From the human T2T-CHM13v2.0 reference genome, Homo sapiens: a DNA stretch of 64,000 nt. The DNA lies in NCBI RefSeq assembly GCF_009914755.1, contig NC_060926.1; one strand, given 5' to 3'. The notes beneath the pieces are model-generated. The model was not told where the DNA came from. It did no database searches and saw only the letters and a program-made list of their open reading frames with translations. Below are positions 19,212-62,934 of the stretch, one piece after another (the first letter of the stretch is position 1; each line of letters begins with the position of its first letter). A program made the translations under genes and the position numbers.

Positions 19212-20755
19212 TGTGTCCGCAATTGGTGGGTTCTTGGTCTCACTGACTTCAAGAATGAAGCCGCAGACCCTCGCGGTGAGTGTTACAGCTCTTAAGATGG
19301 CGCGTGTGGAGTCTGTCCCTTCTGATGTTCAGATGTGTTCGGAGTTTCTTCCTTCTGGTGGGTTCGTGGTCTCGCTGGCTCAGAAGTGAAGCTGCCGACC
19401 TTCACGGTGAGTGTTACAGCTCTTAAGGTAGCGCGTCCGGAGTTGTTCGTTCCTCCCGGTGGGCTCGTGGTCTTGCTAGGCTCAGAAGTGAAGCTGCAGA
19501 TCTTTGCGGTGAGTGTTACAGCTCGTAAAAGCAGCATGAACCCAAAGAGTGAGCAGTAGCAAGATTTATTGCAAAGAGCAAAAGAACAAAGGCTCCACAG
19601 TACAGAAGGGAACCCCAGCGGGTTGCCAATGCTGGCTCGGGCAGCCTGCTTTTATTCTCTTATCTGGCCCCACCCACATCCTGCTGATTGGTAGAGCCAA
19701 GTGGCCTGTTTTGTCAGGGCGCTGATTGGTGCGTTTACAATCCCTGAGCTAGATACAAAGGTTCTCCACGTCCCCATCAGATTAGTTAGATACAGAGTTT
19801 CCACACACAGGTTCTGCAAGGCCCCACCAGAGCAGCTAGATACAGAGTGTCGATTGGTGCATTCACAAACCTTGAGCTAAACAGGGTGCTGATTAGTGTG
19901 TTTACAAACCTTGAGCTAGATACAGAGTGCCGATTGGTGTATTTACAATCCCTGAGCTAGACATAAAGACTCTCCACGTCCTCACCAGAGCAGCTAGATA
20001 GAGTGTCGACTGGTGCACTCACAAACCTTGAGCTAAACACAGGGTGCTGATTGTTGTGTTTACAATCCCTGAGCTAGACATAAAGGTTCTCCACGGCCCT
20101 ACCAGACTCAGGAGCCCAGGTGGCTTCACCTAGTGGATACCGCACCGTGGCTGCAGGTGGAGCTGCCTGCCAGTCCTGCGCCGTGCGCTCGCATTCCTCA
20201 GCCCTTGGGTGGTCGATGGGACTGGGCGCTGTGGAGCAGGGGGTGGTGCTTGTCGGGGAGGCTCGGGCCTCACAGGAGCCCATGGAGTGGGTGGGAGGCT
20301 CAGGCATGGTGGGCTGCAGGTCCCGAACCCTGCCCGGCGGGAAGGCAGCTAAGGCTCAGTGAGAAATTGAGCGCAGTGCCGGTGGGCCGGCACTGCTGGG
20401 GAACCCAGTACACCCTCCGCAGCCACTGGCCCGGGTGCTAAGTCCCCCATTGCCCGGGGCCAGCAGGGCTGGCTGGCTGCTCCGAGTGCAGGGCCCACCA
20501 AGCCCACGCCCACCTGGAACTCCAGCTGGCCCGCAAGCGCCCCACACAGCCCCGGTTCCCGCTCGTGCCTCTCCCTCCACACCTCCCTGCAAGCTGAGGG
20601 AGTGGGCTCCGGCCTTGGCCAGCCCAGAAAGGGGCTCCCACAGTGCAGTGGGGGACTGAAGGGCTCCTCAAATGCCACCAAAGTGGGAGCCCAGGCAGGG
20701 GAGGTGCGAGAGCAGGCGAGGGCTCTGAGGACTGCCAGCACGCTGTCACCTCTCA
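19212..20755 (-). mobile_element. Solo ERV9 LTR (LTR12C-like), 1544 bp
   Basis: Minus strand begins TGAGAGGTGACAGCGTGCTGGCAGTCCTCAGAGCCC and ends CCAATTGCGGACACA; 4-bp TSD AGCT at 19208-19211 and 20756-20759; tandem CCAAT-containing units at about 19680-20090. Confidence 0.93.
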
Positions 20756-21045
20756 AGCTCACGGGAGAGCTAGTGCACCTGAGGACAAACGGCTGAGCAT
20801 TGTCACAAAGATTGTGTATCACACACCCAAGGGAGCAAGGCAGAACTCAGGGAAGGCAGTCATGCCAGCCGACTAATCTCCTAGGATCTGAAACCAGCTT
20901 CAATCAGCTTCCGCATCCTGGTACTTCACTTAAATATTTAAATACCTTGCACTGATAAGGTGTTTGATTTTTGATAACCCACGGAGAGATTTGGGATTTT
21001 CCCCAAACACTCTGAGAAAAATCATCACTTAAGATTCCTTTTTTT

Positions 21046-22130
<1,085 letters not shown>

Positions 22131-22801
22131 CTTTTCCTTCCATTTCTATATGCACTGTTTCACTAAGAGTCAATTGAGAGGCGGAAAACCACTGAGACAA
22201 ATACCATTAAACTAATATTCAAGTTGAATTGGAGCCAAGACACCTTTTCTGGCTATCCTCAGTTTGACCTTGTCTGCTTTAGACCTGCTAAAGCTAAAAT
22301 AACTGGCGTCTGGCTATGACTATGCCTGCGAATTTATAGAGGAACCTATGTCTACTGTCCCAATGAGAGGCTGCAGCTCAGTTACCCACAGCTAAAGCGC
22401 AAGGCTGCTTAGCAGGTCTGTGTATGCTTTGTTGGTCTACAATAAAAGAGACTTAAGTAATGCTCAGTTGTTAATTGATATCTCCTAAAATAGCTAATTC
22501 AAGTTGCAAAATGTTATTTGATTTCTCTCTCAGTGTTCTCCTGGCTTCTTTTATTCAGGAAGCAAGGAGGCTACATTGGGGAATGGTGACTTTGGTTTGT
22601 GCGGGCACTCTTTTTAAATCGTGGGATGAGAACATCACCCAGTGAGAAAGCCCCTGGGCTGGTAATCAGCACAGAGAGCTTAGTCAGGACTATAACCCAT
22701 CAGTCAGAAAAATATTTGCCTGGGAAGAGAGATACTACCGTGAGAGCTTCATTCACTTTTATCGTGGTCGCTGGGGTCTCTGAGGTAAGTCTGTTATGGC
22801 A

Positions 22802-23856
<1,055 letters not shown>

Positions 23857-24039
23857 TTGCACTTCAAGCATTCTGGCTCATGCTCAAAAATGAGATCCGA
23901 AGATTTTTATTTTTTGAGTTCCACAAGGCTTTGGTTATCTGAGCATTTGTAAAGTGGGAGTGGGGAGAGAGGCAGTGTTTATCTTTGTTTAGTCTGCTCC
24001 ATACACGTTTCTCCAAACTGAAAGCCTACAATTCTTTCT

Positions 24040-24825
<786 letters not shown>

Positions 24826-25379
24826 CATTCAATAATTACTAAGAATATTCTAGGCTAGGGTTTTTCAGAGTGTGGTGCATGGCAATCTGTGTCAGAATTC
24901 CTTCAGGTGCTTCCTACTGAATTAGAAGCTCCAGGGCCCGGAAATCCGCATTTTAAACTAGCTCCGTAGGCGATTTGGATTCACACTAAAGACTGAGGAC
25001 CACACTGTTCTAGGCACTGTTAGGTGCTGGGACCTAACACGAAACAAGGTAGACGTGGTTCCTGATTTCCCAGTATGCTCATATAGGGGTTGGTCGCATT
25101 AGTGATATGGGTGCTAGAATGGAAGAAGTAAGATCACATAGCAGGTGCGCCTAGTTCAGACTGAGGAGGGATCTGCAGCTCTAGAGACGTCTGTACTTCA
25201 GAGAAATACAGGAGCTGTCAGCTCGTGGAGGCGAAGGGCAGCCGTGGCCGTGAACAAAATGGCCAGGAGGAGGGCATCGTGTGTGAAGCGGGCTAAGGAC
25301 CGAATTGTGAAAGACCCCAAACCACCCAGCCTTCCATCCCCCAAGATATCCGTCTTTGCCTTCGCTGGCCTTCCTCTGC

Positions 25380-26000
25380 GGAGCTACGCCCGCGCCCAGG
25401 GTGGCGGAGCCGCGCATCAACACCCTCTCGCCTCGGGACAGTCTTCCGACTCAGCCTTCTAGAGCAAGGCGAGGCGGGGCGGGGCTCAACCGAGGCCCTC
25501 CCCGGCTGCCCGGAGACTGCGCCGGACGCGCCAGCCCTGCGGGATGACGTCAGCGCGCCGCGCGCGCCGAGGGAGGAGCGGGCGCCGGGGGCCGGCTGGC
25601 GCGGGGGCTCCGGTAACCCGGGCTGGGCGGGGGAGAGGAAGGGGCGGGGCAGGGAGCCCGCCAGAGTGCGGGGTCGCGGTGCGGACTTCGAGCACGAGCC
25701 CTAAAGACGCTCAGCACTCGTCGCTTCTCCTAGCAGACCCTGCCCGGCTTGGCGATGGAGTTTCCGGACCTCGGCGCTCACTGTTCGGAGCCGAGCTGTC
25801 AGCGCTTGGGTGAGGGGCGGAGCGCGCGGGGGGCGGGGCCCAGCGGAGAGGGACTTTGAACCGCAGGTTGGGAGGGAAGGGTGGGCTCCCAGGCTGGCAA
25901 TGCCGGGGGGCGGGGCTTGAAGCTGGGGGGGGTGGTCAGCGGCAGAGGGGGCGTGGCCAAGGAGGTAATGGGCTTGGGAAGGGGCGGTGTGTCGAAAATA
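25380..26000 (+). promoter_or_regulatory. CpG-island promoter of ZFAND2B
   Basis: CpG-rich; GC boxes; full CRE palindrome TGACGTCA at 25545-25552. Confidence 0.85.
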
Positions 26001-28072
26001 GGGTGGCGTTTTCCTTCCCGAGTGGAAGACTTGAGTGAGAGAGAAGGACATCGAGGTCCCGCTGGACCTGCAATCCGACCAACTCTTTGCAGATTTTCTG
26101 CCGCTTAAGTGTGATGCCTGCTCAGGCATCTTCTGCGCAGACCATGTGGCCTACGCCCAGCATCACTGTGGATCTGCTTACCAAAAGGTGAGGGGGCGAT
26201 CCTCAGGGTGAAAGCAGGCAGATGGAGAATGCGTGCAGAATCCCCCAAATCTGTGTCTCACGTTTCTTCTCCCTTTTGTCCTTCTGAGGCTGTCAGTGCT
26301 GGGAAACACTGTTTTTTTGCGTGTTTGTGGTGGGTCATATCCAAGTTCTTTCAGGACCAGAGATTTGTTGGACTGGAGTGGGCCACAGACTGACCCTTGC
26401 TCCTTGACTACAGGATATCCAGGTACCTGTGTGCCCTCTCTGTAATGTGCCTGTGCCTGTGGCCAGAGGGGAGCCCCCTGACCGTGCTGTGGGAGAGCAC
26501 ATTGACAGAGACTGTCGCTCTGATCCAGCACAGCAAAAACGTAAGGTAAACATTGTAGGGGTCAGCCACAACCCAGCTGGGACTACGGATGCCTGGAAAC
26601 CCAAACAGCTAATCAGAGTCTCAGCAGAGACAACCTTCTCACTTCACCTCAGATCTTCACCAATAAGTGTGAACGCGCTGGCTGCCGGCAGCGAGAAATG
26701 ATGAAACTGACCTGTGAACGCTGTAGCCGAAACTTCTGCATCAAGCACCGGCATCCACTGGACCATGATTGCTCTGGGGAGGGGCACCCAACCAGCCGGG
26801 CAGGGTAATTGCAGCCAAGTCCTCCACTTGCTTTTGGGAAGCATTCTTTTGGAACTGACTCAAGCTCTGTTGTTATAAATTGGGGAGCTTCAACCTTACC
26901 CTGTCGGCTAGGGGAGTCTTTTAGCTTCCTTTTCAAGTGCATGTTTTTCCAGAACTCCCCTCCTGACTTCCTGGGTAAGGCTAGTTCTTGGAGACATGCC
27001 AAAAATCTCTCTTCCCTACAGACTTGCTGCCATCTCCAGAGCACAAGCTGTGGCTTCTACAAGCACTGTCCCCAGCCCAAGTCAAACCATGCCTTCCTGT
27101 ACCTCTCCCAGCAGGTAGGCCTGCCCGTTTCCCTGCTCCCCCTTTTTCCCCTTCACACCTCTGACCTCCACCTCTTCAATGTCTGTCGTAGAGCCACAAC
27201 CCGATCTCCGTCCTGGACAGCCCCTCCAGTGATTGCTTTGCAGAATGGCCTGGTGAGTTGGGCAGAGGTTGGATGGACAGAAACAAACACACAGAGAGTG
27301 AAGTCCAAGGACGCTGGTCTTCTTTCTCCCTTTGTAGAGTGAGGATGAAGCTCTGCAGCGGGCCCTGGAAATGTCCCTGGCAGAAACCAAACCCCAGGTT
27401 CCAAGGTACCTTACCCTCTTGTGAAAGAGAGCGCAAGCTGTGGGCAAGGGCTTGGTCTGGAGGCAGGTAGGTGGGACCACTCTGACACAATGCAAGATAA
27501 TCGCTGGCAACTTGGTCTCAAAATTAAGATGAACTATATGATCTTTGACAAGTTATTTAACCCATGGAGCCTTCATTTCCTCTATAAAACGGGGACAATA
27601 CTAATACCCACCTTGTAGTGTTGCTATGAAGATTGAGATAATCCTCAGCAGTGCTCAGCACCATGAGGCCCAACACACACAGATCAGATGTTCAAATTTC
27701 AGATCTTACCATCATCCAACTTAAACTGTTTCTCCCTCCCAGTTGTCAGGAGGAAGAAGACCTAGCTTTAGCACAAGCACTGTCAGCCAGTGAGGCAGAA
27801 TACCAGCGGCAGCAGGTATGAGGCTGGGCTGAAGATATATGCTGCAGTGGAAGGGAGGAAGAAGTCAGGGATGGGGGTTCTTCCTAGTGGTGCAGAGTTT
27901 TGGAATGGTGGTTATCGTCTGGTTTTCAGTATGACTCCAGCCCATGCTGAGCTCTGAAATGAGGGCTGTCCCTCATTTCCTTGACGTTGCACTGTGTCTT
28001 CCCCTCCTTCCCCTCTCTTTGCTCTAGGCCCAGAGCCGCAGCTCGAAGCCGTCCAACTGCAGCCTGTGCTAG
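25755..28072 (+). CDS. ZFAND2B: AN1-type zinc finger protein 2B (AIRAPL), 257 aa, 9 coding exons
   Basis: Exons 25755-25809, 26093-26187, 26414-26545, 26653-26804, 27022-27114, 27192-27252, 27338-27405, 27743-27815, 28028-28072; total 774 nt. Starts MEFPDLGAHCSEPSC; two AN1 fingers, two UIMs (SEDEALQRALEMSL, EEEDLALAQALSAS), C-terminal CAAX CSLC. Confidence 0.97.
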
Positions 28073-28383
28073 GGCCCTGGGCTTGGGGAGGGAGGTTCAC
28101 CTGAGGAGGACTGTGGCCCTCACACCTCTAGGGTACACAGGGAGAGGAGGCCCGGAGCACCCTGGAGGGCAGAGACAAGCGGGAGTGATGTGGAGGTCGC
28201 CCTGGGAGCCTCTGGAAGGCCTTGCTAGTGCTCCAGCTGCATGGAAGAGAGCGGCTAGCAACTGTTCCCTGGTTGGGCCCTCAGTGGATGCTGGCCAGGC
28301 CCTACTCTTAGCCCCTTCATCATGTCATCTCCCTTATGCTGGAGCTGCCCCGATGTGGAGTGGGCAGGAAGGGGCCTGGAAAA

Positions 28384-28389
28384 AATAAA
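28384..28389 (+). terminator. ZFAND2B poly(A) signal
   Basis: AATAAA about 310 nt after the stop, followed by a GT-rich element. Confidence 0.8.
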
Positions 28390-28550
28390 GGATCTTGGCA
28401 GTTGATAAAACGTACAAGTGGTGTGTTTCTCTCTCCTCTCTAACCTCAAACAGGAAAGCCGTGTCAAGAATGCTCATCTGACTTATGGGTAGAGGCCCGC
28501 TGCAGTACCCCATCCCACAAAGCCACAGTGATCCTCGCACAGTCCACATT

Positions 28551-28556
28551 TTTATT
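28551..28556 (-). terminator. ABCB6 poly(A) signal
   Basis: tttatt on + (AATAAA on -), about 150 nt past the ABCB6 stop; convergent with ZFAND2B. Confidence 0.8.
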
Positions 28557-28703
28557 TCCCCAAAAGATGTTTTTCGGAAAGGTCCCTTTCCCTTACCATA
28601 GCTAGCACCATACCCCAAGACCAGGATGAAATAAGCCAGGGAAAGGAGACACATCTTATTCCCTTCTGGGTTAGTCTTTGAGAGGGAAGTGGCCAAACTT
28701 TTG

Positions 28704-38060
<9,357 letters not shown>

Positions 38061-38162
38061 AAACATACTTTCTTCTAGACCCCGGCAGAGTCCCCATCCC
38101 ATTTCTCTTGTTCCCAGGATTCTAGCCGCGCGAGACAACAAGAAGTCTGGTCAAACTCCCTT

Positions 38163-38168
38163 TTTATT
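38163..38168 (-). terminator. ATG9A poly(A) signal
   Basis: tttatt on + (AATAAA on -), about 1.05 kb past the ATG9A stop. Confidence 0.8.
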
Positions 38169-39212
38169 AAGGGTTATCAAGCTGTACACGGTCCCTACCC
38201 TGCTCCGCTCCGAGTTCGGGCAGCGCAATTCACCACTCTCCCAAAGCCGGACCACAGCTGGGTGAGGGGTGGGACAGAGAGTAGGAGCAGTCCCAGCATG
38301 CAGTGCAGCAGCCCAAAGCCTCGGGCGAGGCATCGCCCTTCATCCCCCTTCAGGGCACAGCGAGATGCGGGCCAGAGCTCTTTTGCTGGGACGTACACAG
38401 CCAAGGTCACCCTCCAGCCCGGTCTGTCCCATGTGCAGGTGATGGGGGGTACGATAAGCAGCAATGAGGGCCCAGGAAGACCTCAGTCTCCTGGGGGCCC
38501 ATCCTAAAAGATGGCAAGGGCAGCAAAGTATTTCCATCCTGCTCCTACAATTTAGAAACCTTCTTTTTTAGTGTCAAAATATAGCGTTGAGGGGAGCTGG
38601 ACGCTAGGGTCTTCACCCTAACGCAAAGCAAAAGCCGAACGGAACGGGAGCAAGCGAACAGAACAGGAGCAAGCAGCACACACAGGCCAGTGATGTGCAA
38701 GAAGCGGAGAGAGGTGAGCCGGCTGCAGCACTGGGCGAGAACTGCGGGTGAGGTAAGGGCCACAGCCTGACCTGCTCATCTATTGAGGGGGCTAGGGAAG
38801 GTTGCAGGGGTTGAGGGTCCAGGCCCAACCTCCCCACTCCACAGTTGGCACAGGTTCTCCCTGCTTGGCAGCTTCTATCGTGGGCAGCCCTCTGGGGACT
38901 TGCAGGGGTAGGTGTAAAGGTGGCAGTACTGGGGCTGGGCTGGGGACCAGTTTCTAGCACCACACTCTGAGCCAAGGGGGTCCTGGGGATGAGGCTAGAG
39001 TCCCGTGTGCCCTCGGTTCCTAGGCCCCAAATTCCTCTCCTGGGGCTGTGGCAAGCCCAGTGTTGGCACCTCCCTTGGCCAGGCACAGACACACAAACAC
39101 CACACACGTGGGGCCAGGGAACACTCAGAGGAGCCGTCCCATGGCAGGCAGACGGGATGGCAGGGCAGCGGTGGCCTCCATCCTGGGCCACAGGAACCCT
39201 GCTCAGCCTTGT

Positions 39213-46789
<7,577 letters not shown>

Positions 46790-47198
46790 CACCACCGCCC
46801 CCTGTCCACCTTGACCACCTGCCAATAAGGAGGAAGAAGAGACCCTGATTCAGTTCCAGCTGCTGCCCATGGGCTGCCCTGCCTACTGCCAAAAGGAGAA
46901 AGTACCCTTGGGCTTTGTCCACTACCAGCCTCCTTGGCTCAGAGGCAGAGGAGTAGTGACACAAGAAAGGCAGTAAGCTCAGGGCTGGGGGAGCCTTAAC
47001 TCTGGCCAGTCTGGGTGTCTACTGCTGCTTTCCTGGCCCAAAGCCAGAATCTGTCCCTTTGTTGGGGGCTGTTTCATCTTCTATTTAACGGACAGAAGAG
47101 TCCCTCCCCCGCCCATCCTGGGAACCCTGGTCTCCCAAGAGACTAACAGTTTGGAAGCACTTCACAAACAAATGTTTGAGAAAAGCACATGGCCCTAC

Positions 47199-47250
47199 CA
47201 GCTCCATGGACAGTATGTGCTCCTCTCCAGCCCTCGATGCTCTGCAGCTG
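47199..47250 (-). other. ATG9A: ATG9A 5'UTR internal exon (52 nt) containing an upstream ATG
   Basis: Pyrimidine tract plus CAG acceptor (NAGNAG CAGCAG) and CTG|GTAGGG donor. Confidence 0.7.
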
Positions 47251-47859
47251 CTGGAGGAGAAGATGTCAGGCCCCAGAGAGTGGGCAGTGGGGATAAAAAG
47301 GAACCCAACCCTCCCAGCCATCCACACCCCACCAAGAGGAGGCCAAGCATGGGGCAGGAAGGCTGCAGTGGGGAAGAAGCACCCTTCCAGCCCAGGACTA
47401 CGAGCACTTCCTCTGGCTGTGCTAAACCGGGCCACTCTTCCAACTCCAGGGTCTCAAGAAGTAACGTAGGGACCCCATGGAGAATGAGTGGGTACAGACC
47501 TGAGGCCAGGGGCGCCTCTGGACTATTTCTCCATTGCCCTACCTTAGCCTCAGAAATGACATACTTCTCAGGGTCCACAAAACCTCAAGAGTCTTTCCTG
47601 AAGAGGACCTTTCTGGTCAACCCCTTCTCTTACTTCCCTAGCACCAAAGATCCAGCCGGTGAGCAAACCTTCTGGATGGGAAACCTTGACTGGGTCAGTG
47701 TAGACCCCCGATCCTAGGTGAATTTGTGGGTTCCCTAGGTCCTGTAAGCCAGGCATGGTCGAGGTGGTACTCACCTGTCCGTGCAGCCCCTGGGGGCCGT
47801 GGATCTTGGCCCAGCCTGGCCCCGGTGGGATTCCCTGGGCTAGTGAGAGCCCTGCCCCT

Positions 47860-48760
47860 CAGGGAAGTCACCACTCACAGGGTCAGTGTGGACCAGGGCC
47901 CGTGGAGCCCCGGCCGGCTGGGCCTGGGCTCAGGGGTTCCTGCGGATGTTGCAGGGATCGAGTCAGCCTTACAGCTGATAGCCCGGGTGGGTTGGCTTGC
48001 CTCCCCACACCCAGCCGCGGCGACCGTGGACCGGAGTCCACCTCGCCCCAGGGTCGCCCGGCCCCAGGCCAAGGGCTGGCAGCTCCCAACAGCGGACAAC
48101 CTCGCGCGCGGCCCCGGCGCCCGCGCGCGCCCCCGTCTGCGCGCGCCAGCAATCAAAACATTCCGGCTGCGCGCCCCCGCCCCGCCGGCGGCGCCCCTTC
48201 CTCCGTTACCCGCCGCGAGCTCACTTAGGGCTCCGCAGGCACCCCTGGGCAAGGCCAGACACGGGGCCTGGGATTCCAATAACCGGTCTCACGTCTTACC
48301 TCAGGAACAGCGACCCGGGTGATTCCAGAGGCTCCGCCGGCTCCGCTCGGCTCGGCTCGGCTCGGCGCGACCCGCGGCGCTAGGCCGGGTGTCTGCCACT
48401 CACTGTCACCCGCAGCCAGGCTGGCCAATAAGCACGGGGGGCGGAGACACAACGGCCAATTCTCGGCTTCAGGGACGGGACTAAAGTCTCGAGGCGGGTC
48501 TTGGACAGTCAGCGGCCCAATAGTGTGCTCTACGTGGGGCGGGGCTCAGGTGCGGACGCCGCCGGTTGTCCTCTTCGCTGCTCCGTAGTGACGGGGATTG
48601 TTGTGTTGCAGAAATCCGGCAATCGACCTGAGGACTTGCGAGCCGCTCAGCTCCCGGGACGTTTGGTGCGTCTTCTAAGGGCGTGGGCGAGTTTACGCGG
48701 GCCAGTTGTTGCTGGTCGCATGGGTAACGAAGAAAGTTCGGCTAGGCAAGCTCAGTGATT
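47860..48760. promoter_or_regulatory. Bidirectional CpG-island promoter for ATG9A (-) and ANKZF1 (+)
   Basis: ATG9A first-exon donor at 48300; ANKZF1 first-exon donor near 48665; CCAAT at 48425, 48456 and 48517; TACGTG at 48531-48536; GC box at 48536-48544; (GCTCG)n at 48345-48365. Confidence 0.87.
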
Positions 48761-49022
48761 TTTAACTCTGTTGGACTCGATTTGGGAGCCGAATGCCTAT
48801 TTCATTCTTTTGTGGGCTGAGACTGGGGGTTTGAGAAAGTGGACGGGGGCCAAGGTATTCATCTCACAGTTGGTAGCAGGATGAGAGACGAGAAGTCTTG
48901 CGGTGCAGGAGAAACCAAGTCAGGCAGGCAGGAGACGCAGCAGTAGGATCTCGTTTGCAGGAGCCCTGTTTCTTACACGCTTTCTACTCCAGGAGCTGCT
49001 GCTAAATAATTTCTGCTCAGCC

Positions 49023-55210
<6,188 letters not shown>

Positions 55211-55388
55211 TCTCTTACAGCTCTACCTGGGGCCAACTCAGGGACCTGAGAGGGCACATTCACAGCAGCCCTAGGTTTTTTCTTCCCCGTGAAACCAGAG
55301 ATGATTTGGAAGATGGGGGTGAAGGACACTCGGGAACTAGGGCAAAGACAGGGCTAGAGGTATGTGGAGCTGGTACTGTCTCTGGAAT

Positions 55389-55403
55389 TTTAATCACAAT
55401 AAA
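55389..55403. terminator. Interlocked poly(A) signals: AATAAA (+, 55398-55403, ANKZF1) and ATTAAA (-, 55389-55394, GLB1L)
   Basis: Sequence tttaatcacaataaa lies between the two convergent stop codons. Confidence 0.72.
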
Positions 55404-55525
55404 GTTTGGCAAGGAATGTGTACTTGTACTTACATTCAGAGGCACTGTGGCCTTTAGTTCCTTAGGGTCACCGTGGCCAGCACCAAGGGATCCTGCCCAC
55501 TCCATGTCCCAGGTCCAAGGGTTAC

Positions 55526-55831
55526 TTTTTTTTTTTTTTTTTTTTTTTGAGATGGAGTGTCTCACTGTCAGCCAGGCTGGAGTGCAGTGGTACAACCTCC
55601 ACTCACTGCAACCTCTGCCTCCTGGATTCAAGCAATTCTCCTGCCCTCAGCCTCCCAAGTAGCTGGGATTAGAGGTGCCCACCATCACGCCCGGCTAATT
55701 TTTGTATTTTTAGTGGAGACGGGGTTTCACCATGTTGGCCAGGCTGGTCTTGAAGTCCTGACCTCAGGTAATCCACCCGTCTCAGCCTCCCAAAGTGCTG
55801 GGATTACAGGCATGAGCCACCATGCCCGGCC
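55526..55831 (-). mobile_element. AluS forming most of the GLB1L 3'UTR
   Basis: The Alu starts a few nucleotides after the GLB1L TGA; long T run at 55526-55548. Confidence 0.9.
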
Positions 55832-55837
55832 TACCTT

Positions 55838-62440
<6,603 letters not shown>

Positions 62441-62591
62441 AAGTTGCCAGGCGTTTAGCCTGGACTTCCTCTCCAGCCTGCAGCCACCCCCTTACTCTAC
62501 TAGTTTGTAAAATTTCTACATCATGTTAAAGTGCAGTTCACGAACCAGCTTCATCGACGTCACCTGGGAACTTGTTAGAAATGGAGAATCT

Positions 62592-62934
62592 GGCTGGGCA
62601 CGATGGCTCACGCCTGTAATCCCAACACTTTGGGAGGCCGAGGCGGGTGGATCACTTGAGGTCAGGAGTTCAAGACCAGCTTGGCCAACAGGGCAAAACC
62701 CTGTCTCTACTAAAAATACAAAAATTAGCCGGGCCTGGTGGCACGCGCCTGTATTCCAAGCTACTCCGAGGGTGGGGGTGGGGGTGGGGGTGGGGGTGGG
62801 GGTAGGGGCTGAGGCAGGAGAATTGCTTGAACCCGGAAGGCGGAGGTTGCAGTGAACCGAGATCCTGCCACTGCACTCCAGCCTGGGCAACAGAGCGAGA
62901 CTCTGTCTCAAAAAACACAAACAAACAAACAAAA
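62592..62934 (+). mobile_element. AluS carrying an internal (TGGGGG)n insertion, inside a MER5A-like element (about 62520-63035)
   Basis: Alu consensus interrupted at 62770-62808; MER5A-like flanks (cacctgggaacttgttagaaatg...tttaacaagattcccaggtgat). Confidence 0.82.

Noticed and set aside
19680-20090. Regularly spaced repeats of about 40 bp, superficially CRISPR-like
   Set aside because: They are the known tandem CCAAT units of LTR12; no unique spacers, no cas genes, human DNA.
47726-48383. Long Pro/Arg/Ala-rich ORFs in the ATG9A/ANKZF1 CpG island, and similar ones at other islands
   Set aside because: Expected from stop-codon depletion in GC-rich DNA.
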